Notes: generated by a model from the sequence alone, not told the origin. A stretch of 64,000 bases of DNA from Octopus vulgaris (GCA_951406725.2 OX597815.1:154504001-154568000); one strand, 5' to 3'. Shown: positions 13,070 through 25,582, counted from the stretch's first letter. Translations and numbers: made by a program.

Positions 13070-14780
13070 GGTGTGAGTGTGTGTGTCTCTGTGTGTATAT
13101 ATACATGTATTTGTGTGTGGGGGCCGTTTTTGATTGGTCCCAGGGTTTATTGTGGTGTATGTTAATGTGTCTGTGTGTGTTTAGTATTTGGTAGGATGGT
13201 GTGTGCATGTGTGCACGTTTCTGTGTGTGTATGTGTGTGATTATTATTTGTTAGGGTGTTGTGTGTGCGCAATTGTGTGTATGTGTTTGTTCGAGTGTGT
13301 GTATGTGTGCGTCTGTGGATGCATGTGTACGCTTGTGTGTTTTTTTGTTGGTGGGGATGTTATGTGTGTGTACGTGAGTGTGTGTGTATCTCTATCTTAG
13401 TATGTTTGTGTTGTTATTATTGTCTTGGTGTTATGTGTGTGTATATATGTGTGTGATTGGTATTCGTCAGGTTGTTGTGTGTGCGCATGGATGTGTATAT
13501 GTGTTTGTTCGCGTGTGTGTATGTGTGCGCGTATATGTTTGTGTGTTTTTTGTGTTGGTGGGTATGTTATGTGTGTGTATGTGAATGTGTGTTGCGCCTG
13601 TCTGAGTATATTTACGTTTTAATTGTCCTTATGGTGTGTGTGTGCGTATGTGAGCAACCGTATGTGTGTGTTATTGTCTTGGTGCTGTATATATGTTTGT
13701 GTGTATATATGTGTGTGATTGATATTTGTCATGGTGTTGTGTGTGCGCATGTGTGTGTTTATGTGTTTGTTCGCGTGGGTGTATATGTGCGTCTGTATGT
13801 GCGCGCGTGTACGTTTGTGTGTTTTTTGCGTTACTGGGGATGTTATGTGTGTGTATGCGAGAGTATGTGTTGTGTCTGTCTGAGTATGTCTGTGTTTTAA
13901 TTGTCCTTGTGGTGTGTGTGTGTATGTGAGCAACCGTATGTGTGTGTGAGGGTGCATATGTATGTGAGCGGGTATGTGTGGATGTTTATGTGTGTGTAAG
14001 TTTGTTGCATTTATCAGGGGTTCTGTGTGTCCATGTGTGTGTTGGTATTGATAATGCGTTTGTGTGTATATATGTGGGTATGGTTTATGTAATTTCTGGG
14101 TATGTGCGTGTGTGTGTGCTGAATTTGTGAGTGATTTGCTTTGCTTGTATTGTTAGTGCATTGTGTGTGTATACGTGTAGGTGTGTTTGTGTGAGTGTGT
14201 CTATGTGTCTTGTATTTGTCGGGGAGGTGTGTGTCATTGAGTGTGTGCATGATTGTGTGTATGTATGTTTGTTGTGGTTGTTGGGATGGTATTGTGAGTA
14301 TATGTGTGATTTTTCTTTTGAGTGTGTGTGTGTGATTTTATTACTGGGGTACGGGCGTATTGTGTACGCGTGTGTACAGGTGTGCATAAATGCGTGTGTG
14401 TTTGTGTGAGTTGTGTTGTAGTTGCGTGTTTGTGTATTTGTGCATGTGTGTGTGAGTTTGTGTGAATGTCATTTCCAATTTCGTGGTGGTGTGTGTAGGT
14501 GTGTGTATGTCCGTGTTTACATATGTGTATACGTGTGTGTGAGTGTCGGTTATGGTCGCTAGAATCTTCTTGCAAGTGTATATATGTATATATGTATTTC
14601 TTGGAATGTGTATGGTTTTGTGCTCTAGTGTGAGGATATTGTGTTTGTGCATGTGTTTATTTGCATCGGAGGTTGGCATTGTTTCTGTGTGTGTGTGATT
14701 TTGTATATCTGTTTGTGTCTCTGTGTATGTTTGTTTTGGATGTGTACCCGGGGGTATGTTAGAGTATGTTGAGTTGTAGT
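13070..14780. repeat. Degenerate (GT)-rich tract with internal higher-order repeats
   Basis: gttgtgtgtgcgc...tgtttgttcg recurs near 13258, 13474 and 13736. Confidence 0.8.
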
Positions 14781-16104
14781 CTGTATTTTTAAATAAGATT
14801 ATTTTCCCTACATATTCGCGTTTGGTCAGTGGTGATGTCCGGGCATTGGTATAGTGGGGAAACTAGGAATTTGGGGGACTTGTTCTCTGCACAGAGAACT
14901 AAATGCCCACTAATTGGTATCTGTCTTTTGGTGAGATCCCTCAGTTGTTGGAGGTGAACTGTCATCCTTTCTCTGAGGGTAAGGCTCGATTGCCGTATGT
15001 AATCTTTGTGGCACACCCTTCAACCTTATGACATAAAGCAAATTCTTTGATGCGCAGGTAAAGTTATTTTTTATGATAAAAGTGTGTCCCGACTGGAATT
15101 TGTACGTTTTTCCTTCAATGAGGTGGATGCAAGTCTTGCAGTTGGAACGACCACATTTTTCGAGGGTGGGTGATGGGTTTGTGTTGGGTAGTTTTTGCAT
15201 TGGTGAGTAGGTTTTTTTAGGGATTTGGGTTGTCTTTTGGTTTTTATTATTTTATGGGTTGCGAGTACTTTTTTTAGACGTGGGTCTTGATTCAGCTGTG
15301 GAATGTTCTTGAATATAATTGTGTAAGATTCCGCATTTCTTCGATTGTGTGCTGAGAGTTAGGGAAGGCTATTTACTGTACTGTGAGTGTGTTTTGGTTT
15401 TCGTAAGTCATGGGTAGTAATTGATTTGGCCCTTTCTATTCCATTGTCAACTAGTGATGCTAGGTAATGTCTGTCGAGAAGAATTGCCTTTAGTTCTCGG
15501 AGTCTTTTATCTTGTGTTCTATAATTTGAGACAATTCTGCAGATTCTTCTCGCTAGGTTGGAGGGGATATTTGCTTTCGTGCGCTTTGGGTGATTGGAGG
15601 TGAACAGAAGGTATTGTTTGGAATCAGTGGGTTTACAGTGTGTCAGTTTTAATGTTGGTACCTTTTTTAATAATAAAAATATCAATAAAAGGAAGTTGGT
15701 CTTGACTATATTCCATTGTAAATTGGATATGGTTGTTGACACTGTTGATAAGGTTTATGAAGTCAATAAGTTGGTCGAGTGTATGTAACCATAGGATGAG
15801 GCAATCATCTAAGTAGCGTTTCCAATTCTCCAATAGGTATTTGTGGAAAGACAGGCCGTACTTATATTTGGAGTTTTCATAAATATGTGATTCCAGGTAG
15901 GCCATCACCAGGTTTACATAGGTAGGGGCAACATTAGTACCCATTTCAGTCCCTGATACCTGTGTGTAGGTGTTAGTATTAAAATTCATAAAGTCGTTCT
16001 GAAGAATAAATTTTTAGGCTCTCTTTGGGATATTTCAGACATTCTTTCATATATATTTCCACTCGTGCGGTACCTTACAACTTCATTTTGTTATATATAC
16101 AAGA

Positions 16105-18973
16105 ATGGAAAAAGTAAACATTGAGTTCTCCCCTAAAGACATCCCCTTACATAGTAAAGATGAATATAACTGGCTACTCATTCATAGGATTAATGACTTC
16201 ATTAGAAGAATCAGGTGGAAAACTTATCATTTTGATGTCAAGCGGAAGAAGAACCCTCAGGAAAAGAGTACTGAAAGGAACTTTGGAAGAATTTTTAGAA
16301 GTAGAAAAAGTCCACCTCAGAACCCACTCCTGGAGAATTTCGAGAAAGATTTACTGAATATTATAGATGATATTAGCTTCAAGGAACACCCGTTAAGATA
16401 CAACCCTCACATTAAACACCTTAGGAACTTTATTCATTCAACCCGGTACAAACATGGAATCTTAGTACCAGCGGATAAAACTGGTACTATGTATAGAGTA
16501 GATTACACTCTTTATAGCAAACTAATTAAGAAGGAACTCAACTCCAAATATAAAATTACGACTAGGAATAATTTGAAAAAGTAAACCTGGAAATGAAAGA
16601 GATTATGGAGAAATTCAATTTGACGGATAGAACAGAGCCTCTTAAACCGTGTGAACCTAGAATCAACCTTAAAGACCACAAAAGGAGCTTCATGGAAAAC
16701 CCTTCGGTAAGGCTGATTTGTTCAACTAAGTCAGACATTGGCCGACTTAGTAAATCTATCCTTGATACTGTTCTACCTCAAATAACCCCTTTTCTTCCCT
16801 TAAGCCTATGGCTAAACACAGATGAAGTTCTAAATTGGTTTAACTCTCTAAATAATACTAGTAGTCTGTCATTTATTCAGTTCGATATAAATAGTTATTA
16901 CTCTAGTATTTCCCCTATCTTGCTAAACAAATCAGTAATATTTGCTATGAATCGCTCCCTCATATCTAGAGAAGAAATCAATATTGTGCTACTAGCTAGA
17001 AAAACATTTATAGAATTTGAAGATAAGTTATGGACTAGAGCAGATACACCTAATTATTTTGATATACCCATGGGTTCCAGTGACTCGGCTGAGGTGACTA
17101 ACCCAGTAGGCGCGTATCTATTAAAATGCATAAGTAAGGATATCCCTGAACTACAAGGTGGTTTATATAGGGATGATGCTCTGTTTGTTATCCCTAGTAA
17201 TAATAAATCTAGTATAGAAAGGATTAGAAAGAAAATTAATAAGTTCTTTAAGGATTTCAACCTCAGCATAACGTATGAACCTGGCACTAAAATAGTTAAC
17301 TTCCTAGATATTACGTTAGACCTTAACTCCAAGTTGCATTACCCATTTAGAAAAAAAGGCGAAATCACGAGATACGTAAATAAATTATCCAATCATCCCC
17401 CAAATATAATTGAATCTTTAGTCAGAAATATTTCATTAAGAATTTCAAAATTATCATCCAATAAGGATATATTTAACTCCCATTCTGAGCATTATAATGC
17501 GGCGTTATCTAAGGCAGGATACAACCAAAAGATTACATTTATTGATAAGGAGAACCTACATATTCCTAATAAAGAAGTTATCAGTAATCACGTAAGCAGC
17601 AATATAGACTAGGCCCGAAATAGAAGTAGAAGTAGATTCACGGTAACCGCAAATCTAGCGTACAAGCCCAATAATACAAATAGAAGCATAGACCAAAGCA
17701 TAGGTAACTCGGATAAAATCAAATTAGATAAATCAAAGATGCATACAAATAATGGTAATATATACAATGACTCTGGTGAGAAGAATAGTAATAATTCAAC
17801 GAACCCTGATTCTAATTCAAGGAAATTTAATAAGAAAGATATAACATGGCTGAATATTCCTTTCAACTGTGCGATTCAATCGGATATACAGAGCAAATTC
17901 AAAGTAATTCTAGAAAAACATTTCCCAATCTCTCATAGATATCATAGAATTATTTCTAAAAAACAGTTAGGATTTCTTATTCAACCCTCCCAAATATGTC
18001 CACTTTAATAGCTAAGATTAATAATAACAACATTAAGCTAGCCAGGAAAGATAAAAATAAAAATAATAATACCAACATGAATACCAATAACAATTATAAT
18101 AATACTACCAACAATAAACGCAACAATAGTAACTATCAAAACATGGGTGGAATCAGTAACCACAGAATGACTAATAATAATATTAATAGTAATATGAGTA
18201 ATAATAATATTGATATTAATAGAAGTAATAATGTTAATAATAGAAGTAAGGCTAATAGAGAAAATACAGAGAGTGAAAATATCAGTGATATCTATAACAA
18301 CAATATACATTCAGATAAAAATACTAGCAATAATAGTAACAATACCAATAATGTAAATAATCATGGTAGGACTTTAGACCTAAAGGATGGAGCAGAAGGA
18401 TCAATAAATAATAACAATGCTTTAGATAACAGCACCAACTATAAAAATAATAATAATAATAAAGATAATTATACTCATGATAATCAAAATAACAGGAACA
18501 TAAGACATCTATCCATGAATAATCCAACATCTGAAGTTGTTCCTCCTGCGTGTAAGTGTAGAATTAAGTCAAAATGCCCGGCACCTGGTCTATGCGGGGT
18601 AAATAACGTAATCTTTAAATGTACCATATCTACTGAGAATAACAAATTCTTTTACATTGGTTGTACGATAAATTTTAGAGATAGAGTTAGAAACCACGTC
18701 TCATCTTTTAAATTACGTCATAAAGCTGGTACCACCACACTTTCAAAGAAGATCTGGGAACTCAAAAATAATAATAGGAATTATAACCTTAAGTGGGAAA
18801 TAGTTAGAAGAGCAATGCCGTATAAAAATAACAGGGTAGGTTGCCAACTCTGCTCCATGGAGACGTTTGAAATTCTAAAGCATAGAAAAAATAGGGGTTT
18901 GTTAAATAACCATATTGAATTAGGTCAAGTTTGTGTCCACGCAAAATTGAAGACTCTAAAATATTTTAAATGA
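16105..18973 (+). pseudogene. Penelope-like RT-GIY-YIG polyprotein with two frameshifts (~16580, ~17960) and one TAG (17610-17612)
   Basis: FSPKDIP, ADKTG, FDINSYYSSI, IPMGS, GLYRDD, VNFLDITLDL, SNHPP, CKCR..CP..GLC, FYIG, R..NH, CQLC, LLN. Confidence 0.93.
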
Positions 18974-19715
18974 ATAACCGTATAGAATAATCGTAACAAG
19001 ATTGATAGATAGATATAACTTGTTTTTTACTAGTATAGCATAACTTTAATTTTTTAAGTAGATAACTGCGAGCTCTCACACTACAGTTATCTCTTTCTTT
19101 ATAACTGCACCTGATTTTGAGCAAAAGAAAACAAATAGTACTTGTACGTTGCTTGAATGAAGTTTTATTTAATTTTAAATTTAATTTTTAATTTTTGATT
19201 TTTAATGTAATCTAATTTAGGTAACACAACTTTAATAAAATAAGTTACTAAGGCTTCATAATTCTATTACAAAATTAAATAAGTAATGCTACTCCCTTGA
19301 AAGTAGTATGAGAAATTTCAATATAAATAGGCAATTCCCTCACACCTTGTAAACTAACTTCTAAGTATTGACCTGTAGTCTGTCAATGTATAGATAGTAA
19401 CGGCAACAATTTAAGACAGTAACAGTAATAAATAAATAAATAAATTTAAATGACCTCTTGTTAGGATTGCACTTATTTTTTTCTCTTAATGTATTTCCTT
19501 GTGATGATAGCCTTTGACCCCTCTATCCCTGACCTTGTTATCTCTTTAGATTCTCATATCTGCTTTCAGCTACGTCAGGTTGGCAATAAATAGCTGTTTA
19601 CTGGTCAAAAATAATATTCTCCTTATAGTTCTTAGATTCCTGCAAGTTCGAAGCCAGCCAGGCGTCACCTGCGACCCCTTTCCCTCTCAGTTGTCACAGT
19701 ATACTCTATGTGGGC

Positions 19716-19880
19716 GTTTTTTTCTTTTCTCCCTTCTCCCCCTTTTTTCTTTTTTCTTTTTCTTTTTTCTTTTCTTCTCCCCTTTTTTCTTTTTTCTTTT
19801 CCTTTTTCTTTTTTCTTTTTCTTTTTTTCCTTTTCCTTGTCTCTTTTCTTCTCTTCCCTTTCTTTTCTTTTCTTTGCTCC
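19716..19880 (+). repeat. Polypyrimidine (T/C) tract in the element's 3' region
   Basis: About 165 nt almost exclusively T and C. Confidence 0.9.
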
Positions 19881-20226
19881 ACAAAAATTCCTTCAGCCTT
19901 TAGAAGTCATAACATAGCAGTCTTGTGAAGAGAACAGTAATGTGACAAATACCTTATCATATAGCATGAAATTATACCCACCTCATTGTGGATTAACCAT
20001 GGATAAATTCATCGTCTGTGAGTATGAAATTCCTCCTCATATCTCTGGAATTTTACATCTACACTACGGATTAATTCACCTTCTCTGTGAAGCTAATAAG
20101 CTTTTTTTAAAAACCTGTGATAAGACTGTGCATCATCATTAAAGAACTTCGGAAGTCTGTTTACAACCTAAATCTGCTTTCATGAGTATAGCCTCACCCA
20201 CTAAGATGTTTGGAGAACTCATATGT

Positions 20227-20320
20227 GTTTTAGCTGATGAGTACGGGACACTTTTATCTGCTGCAATATTTGCAAATTTTAATAAAGCCTGTCTTTGTAT
20301 GAAACAATTGTACTAAAAAC
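20227..20320 (+). ncRNA. Type I hammerhead ribozyme in the pLTR
   Basis: ttttag CTGATGA gtacgggac...gtctttgtat GAAA CAATTG TA ctaaaa. Confidence 0.85.
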
Positions 20321-20463
20321 TAATCCATTCTTGTTGCTTCTTTCTCGTTTATAATCACCCCACATTACTGTATGGTTAATACCATATAGTTTTCTGGTGC
20401 ATCTAAGTTAAGTACCGCATTCAAGTAAATTCATTAGAATTGACTTGAATTTAAATTGCTTTT

Positions 20464-20518
<55 letters not shown>

Positions 20519-20619
20519 GTATGTATATATATATATATATATCTGTTGTGTGTAAATAAAAGAAAAAATAATAATAACAACAACAACAATAATAATAATA
20601 AGAAGAATAAGAATAATAA

Positions 20620-21300
20620 TAAATTGCCCCGTAAGTGCTATACTTAACACAGAGCTGAATGCAAGAAACAGCAGCGAGGGCAATACTCAAGACAGAGCTG
20701 AATGCAAGTAAACGGATCGAAGCGATCGATACTTTAGCCATACCAGTCATGATTTACAGTTTCAATATCATTAACTGGTCAATTTCTGAAATATGTAATC
20801 TTGACAGAAAAATACGAAAAAGTTTGACAATGCTTAGAATGTACCACCCCAAGGCAGATATAGAACGACATTATCTGCCAAGAAAAAAGAGGGAGGACTT
20901 GGAGATTTACAACTAGAATTAATAATGAATATTATCACAATAGGCCTAGATACTTAAATGAACAACTCTGATGAATGGATGTTCAAACCTATCTCAAAGC
21001 ATGAAAATAAGAAAGCATCATACTCAGTAATAAAACAGGGAAATGAATACCTAAGTGGATTCCAAATACAAAAAATTCCAGAATTAGACGTACTAGAAAC
21101 AAGCACAGGTAAAGCTAAGCGTATGAAAACTCGTGCTAAACTTGCTGCCTTAGATATTCTCAATGATAAATGGCAAGAAAAACCTCACAATGGCAAATAC
21201 CCCAACAGAGCTAATAGTGCCGAGGTTGACAAAGACTTTACACATCAATGGTTGGTGGCTTCTGGCTTAAAATAAGAAATAAAACGGTTTATTATAGCAA
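20620..21300 (+). mobile_element. Dong/R4-like LINE fragment (RT C-terminus)
   Basis: ILKTELNA..I.AIDTLAIPVMIYSFNIINW, HPKADIERHYLPRK, WQEKPHNGKY; follows (AAT)n. Confidence 0.85.
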
Positions 21301-21334
21301 CTTCCAGCTTCCAACTTTCAGTTCATTACACGCA

Positions 21335-21600
21335 ATTTGAAAATGCAATTTTAAAAGATGTTTATTTACTTGATCGGTTTCACTTTCTTAGAAAAAGATT
21401 GTCAAAAGTAAAATGTAAAAGCTTTGTAAAAAAGCTTTGTTGTGTTAAGTACTGGTTGACACAAAATATTACAATACATATATAAATTCTTTGATAATAA
21501 TATGAAAATGTTAAAAACAGTTTAGAAGGAAAAATCTTGAGAAAATATTAAAACGTTCATTAAAAATATTAGGATTTCATTAAAAATAAGATTGTCAAAA
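21335..21600 (-). mobile_element. Second copy of the Neptune pLTR, with U3-A8 HHR motif at 21368-21409
   Basis: Close match to 12303-12556. Confidence 0.85.
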
Positions 21601-21880
21601 GACGTGACTGCTTTTGATTTTCCATGAGGAAACGAAGCACAAATTTTGCTGCATCTCTCTTCATTCGCAATTTTTCGTTCAAACTTCGCTGGCAAGAGCT
21701 TCAGGACAGACCAACAGTCATATCAACAAGTTCGTCAATTGTTCGGCGATTGTTCTCTGAGATCACTTCATAAATATTTGTGATTTTTTCGTCCGTTCGG
21801 GAAGTTGACGGTCGCTCTGAAGGAGACTGGTCTTCATGGAATAAGTGACCGTTCCTAAAGTGTAAAACCCACTCATAAAT
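21601..21880 (-). mobile_element. Mariner-like transposase N-terminal (HTH) remnant
   Basis: Minus strand encodes DQSPSERPSTSRTDE and AAKFVLR. Confidence 0.65.
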
Positions 21881-21884
21881 TTAC

Positions 21885-22055
21885 AAAAAACAAAAGACGA
21901 AGACGAGTGTGTAAACAACGAGCAGGTGCATTAGTTTAATGCTTGTGAACGTCAGAAAGACTTTTACGTTTCGAGCCTTCGCTCTTCAACAGAAAGGAAC
22001 AGGAAAAAATACAGAGAGTATAAAAAAACAAACCTTTAGTAGCTAGCGGTCAAGG
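21885..22055 (-). mobile_element. Penelope pLTR remnant with minimal HHR-like motif at 21961-21996
   Basis: cttt CTGTTGA agagcgaaggctc GAAACGTA aaag. Confidence 0.55.
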
Positions 22056-22124
22056 TATATATGTGTATGTATATATATATATATATAGTATATTTCAAAA
22101 TAAAAACATGATGCAACGGATTTA

Positions 22125-22211
22125 GCGGTACATATGTTTCGGGCCTTTATTAGACGGTTTATAACAATGCATAATTGATGTAAATGTGTGTCTATAGCCT
22201 TCTTCAGCCGC
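22125..22211 (-). ncRNA. Type I hammerhead motif (left arm)
   Basis: gcgg CTGAAGA aggctatagac...gtctaataaaggccc GAAA CATATG TA ccgc. Confidence 0.8.
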
Positions 22212-22488
22212 GTACAATTACTACTTCAAGGATATGTATTACGTTATAAATTTTACGTTGGGGATGCAAATCCTCATAGTCGCGTACGTCAGAGCGAAGC
22301 ACGAAAATAAAATCAAAGCGTCCATCCTGTTTTTCACTCGATGTAGAATCATACTACATCGAGTGAAAAACAAGATGGACGCTTTGATTTTATTTTGGTG
22401 CCTCGTTCTGTCGTACGCGACTATGAGGATTTGTATCCCCAACGTAAAATTTATAATGTAATACATGTCCTTGAAGTAGTAATTGAAC

Positions 22489-22575
22489 GCGGCTGAAGAA
22501 GTCTATAGACACACATTTACATCAATTATGCATTGTTATAAACCGTCTAATAAAGGCCCGAAACATATGTACCGC
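22489..22575 (+). ncRNA. Type I hammerhead motif (right arm)
   Basis: gcgg CTGAAGA...GAAA CATATG TA ccgc. Confidence 0.8.
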
Positions 22576-22701
22576 TGAATCCTTTGCATCATGTTTTTAT
22601 TTTGATAAATATACTCTATCACCTACACCACTAAAAGTCATATACAGGTGCTTAAAATTATCAAGTATTCACCCTGAATTTTATATGATTCACCCTGAAT
22701 T

Positions 22702-22751
<50 letters not shown>

Positions 22752-22764
22752 CACTTTTAATCTC

Positions 22765-22940
22765 TTATATGTTTCAGTCATTCGAGTGTGACAATGCTGG
22801 AGTACCGCCTTTTGGTTGAGGAAATCGACCCCAGGACTTATTCTTGGTAAGCCTGCTACTTATTCTATCGATAACTTCTGCCGAACTGCTAAGTTACGGG
22901 GACGTAAACATACCAAAGTCAGTTTCAAATCAATGGCGGG
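22765..22940 (-). mobile_element. SINE family A, 3' part
   Basis: Reverse complement of 30040-30200. Confidence 0.75.
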
Positions 22941-23535
22941 TGGAATAATTATAGTCAGAAATACACATGTATATATATATATATATATATATATACACGC
23001 ACGCATATATATGTATACGTGCACGTATATATACACAAACATATATATATATACATATATCCATATATATATACATATATACATATATATACATACATAT
23101 ACATATATATACATATATATATACATATATATATATGTATACATACATATATATATATATGTACACTTATATATACATATATTTATATATATACGTATAT
23201 ATCCATATATATATATACATATATGTACATACCTACGTATATATGTATATATACATGCACATATGGGTACAGGATATAAAAAAAGAAAGTTGAACACAAT
23301 GAGAAACTAGAACATAAAAGCAAAAACATAGAAAACGCGCTCTTTTTTTGGACAACGAAAGAAACAAACAGAGAAAGGAGACATGCAACATAAAAAATAT
23401 TTCCCTTCGGCAGTTACTCCGCGCTACGAAGGCAAGGACAATGCGCGACCTCGTTGAAACAGTCCTTCCTGCAAAGCAAATTAAATATATACTCACATAT
23501 ATACATACATATATATACATACACATACACACACA

Positions 23536-23605
<70 letters not shown>

Positions 23606-23639
23606 CACGTATATAAATACATAGTGAAAGTATTAATAG

Positions 23640-23931
23640 TGATACTATTAAATGTGAAAGTATTATCTCATATTACAAGAGAGATATTAGTGTTTCACTT
23701 TTGGCACGTAATACTGAAATAGTGTAAGAGATAAGAGATTGCTCAATGCTCGCATTAGGCAAGCAGTCGAAAAGAATTTTTGGGCCCCTGACACTGCGTG
23801 AAATCTAAGTAAGGCATGTATAAAATTGGACTGAAATCGGTTGGGCAGTTGTCGAGTTTTAGCGATGTACACATACAGACACAGGCAGACGAGCAGACAG
23901 GCAGACAGAAAGACACATATTGTCAGATTTA

Positions 23932-23942
<11 letters not shown>
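23640..23942 (-). mobile_element. Possible non-autonomous Helitron 5' remnant with (CAGA)n
   Basis: Minus strand begins tatatattaaatctg followed by (ctgt)n, like the start of the 59629 element. Confidence 0.4.
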
Positions 23943-23984
<42 letters not shown>

Positions 23985-24696
23985 CTAAAATTTTTATTTT
24001 AATTTATATTAAAGTTATAATCAGTGCTGAATGATTACAACAATAGTCTGCTGCAAGTAGACGCCAAATGGTGTAAGAACCATAAATGTATGTATGTAGA
24101 ACATATATGTGTATATATCGGTACAAACACACACACACATGATATATATATATATACTCTTGAAATAACTGATAATTCGATGCAGTTAAGCGCAGATCTG
24201 TTGACATTGTCCACCATTATTAAGGATCGGTTTGAAGTTGCGAATAATCGAAGGAAGTTAATTTTTGTTCACTACTTAAACACTTGAGGACTGCAATGCT
24301 CGAAGACATTGACAAAGCAGCTTTTCTATTCTTTAAAAGGCAAAGGAGGATAAAGATTTCAATGAATAACTGGTCGTTTCTTCAAAAGACAGCTTAGGAG
24401 ATGCCAAATTACTGCATTACACTTATTTTCACGCCATTGCATAATGATTGAATCCATTTTACGACCGATGCGATACAAGTGCTCCTGTTTTCTACTGTGA
24501 AGTATCTTATGTTTCAGTGCCAAAAGAATGTTGATATGTAACATCAACCGCTTTGCCAAATCTCTTTTGGATTTTAAGGATTCTTCGTTACAGTATTGTA
24601 TTTTACTTCCTAAATATTCCGAAGTTTGAAGTGTAATAACATGATAAAATACAAAGAGAACATTATCTGAATATATGTGAAATACATATAAATTCA

Positions 24697-24757
<61 letters not shown>

Positions 24758-24761
24758 AATA

Positions 24762-24792
<31 letters not shown>

Positions 24793-24810
24793 ATATATAT
24801 ATATGTATGC

Positions 24811-24850
<40 letters not shown>

Positions 24851-25206
24851 GTATATATGCACATATATGGGTGTAGGAATGTAAGCCAACATGTGTGTGT
24901 GCGTGTGTGTATGTGCACGCGTATACATATCATACAATATATATGAAAGAAATTAATTAAGTTTAAATTTATTAAAAAGATTTTATAGGATTTGAAAGGA
25001 TTTTGTTTTGACGTAAACTGATATTATAAAACAAAGTGAATGATGACATTACACATCGCAATATACTTGATATATATTTACATTTGTATTTACGGTTTTA
25101 GGCTATTTATGACTAAAAACGTGTATGCTTGATATATATTTACATTTGTATTTAAGATTTTAGGCAATTTGACTAAAAAAGTCTCTCTCTCTCTCTCTCT
25201 CTCTCT

Positions 25207-25264
<58 letters not shown>

Positions 25265-25528
25265 GTATGAAGGTCTGAATGTGTATGTATATATGTTGTG
25301 TGTGCCTGTATATGTGCGTGTGTTTTTGAAATAAGTGCAGATATATTTTTGGGCTGACTTTGAATGCAGGTTAATGATGAACAGTCGATTGGTTTTGGGC
25401 GAATTTATAATTTTTCCTTAAAAACAAATATCGTAATACATATTAGATATTTTACGTGCCCACGTATGCATATACACAGGTTTTTTTCTTGTATTTTTAC
25501 AGTCTATGTTAATAAATTTATGTGCATG

Positions 25529-25582
<54 letters not shown>

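Larger units (their letters stand above)
12295..16020 (-). mobile_element. 5'-truncated, frameshifted Neptune-type Penelope element: RT (16020-15359), Zn-linker/GIY-YIG (15200-14789), CA-rich tract, pLTR
   Basis: QVSGTEMGTNVAPTY, WKRYLDDC, KPTDSKQYLLFTSNHP, CGRSNCKTC, FTCASKNLLYVI. Confidence 0.9.
16040..20468 (+). mobile_element. Near full-length Penelope-like element (Nematis-like by inference) with ~1.5-kb 3' region and pLTR
   Basis: RT + GIY-YIG ORF, HHR at 20227-20320, 3' end abutting (TA)n; 3' region homologous to 37880-38338. Confidence 0.9.
22087..22615. repeat. Near-perfect palindrome, ~265-bp arms, 7-nt loop centred at 22350
   Basis: cactcgatgtag-aatcata-ctacatcgagtg; the mirror ORFs 22234(+) and 22466(-) confirm the symmetry. 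Confidence 0.97.

Noticed and set aside
17610-17612. Programmed read-through or selenocysteine in the Penelope ORF
   Set aside because: The stop is TAG, not TGA, and the ORF also has two homopolymer frameshifts; decay or sequencing error is the simpler explanation
19942-20340. Cys/His-rich second ORF in the Penelope 3' region
   Set aside because: The frame is not preserved relative to the 37862-38338 copy, and it overlaps the HHR
22234-22466. Near-identical 75-aa ORFs on both strands
   Set aside because: A direct consequence of the palindrome; no protein motif
22816-23310. YI/CV/HT-rich ORFs here and throughout the window
   Set aside because: Artefacts of (TA)n and (CA)n repeats, which lack stop codons
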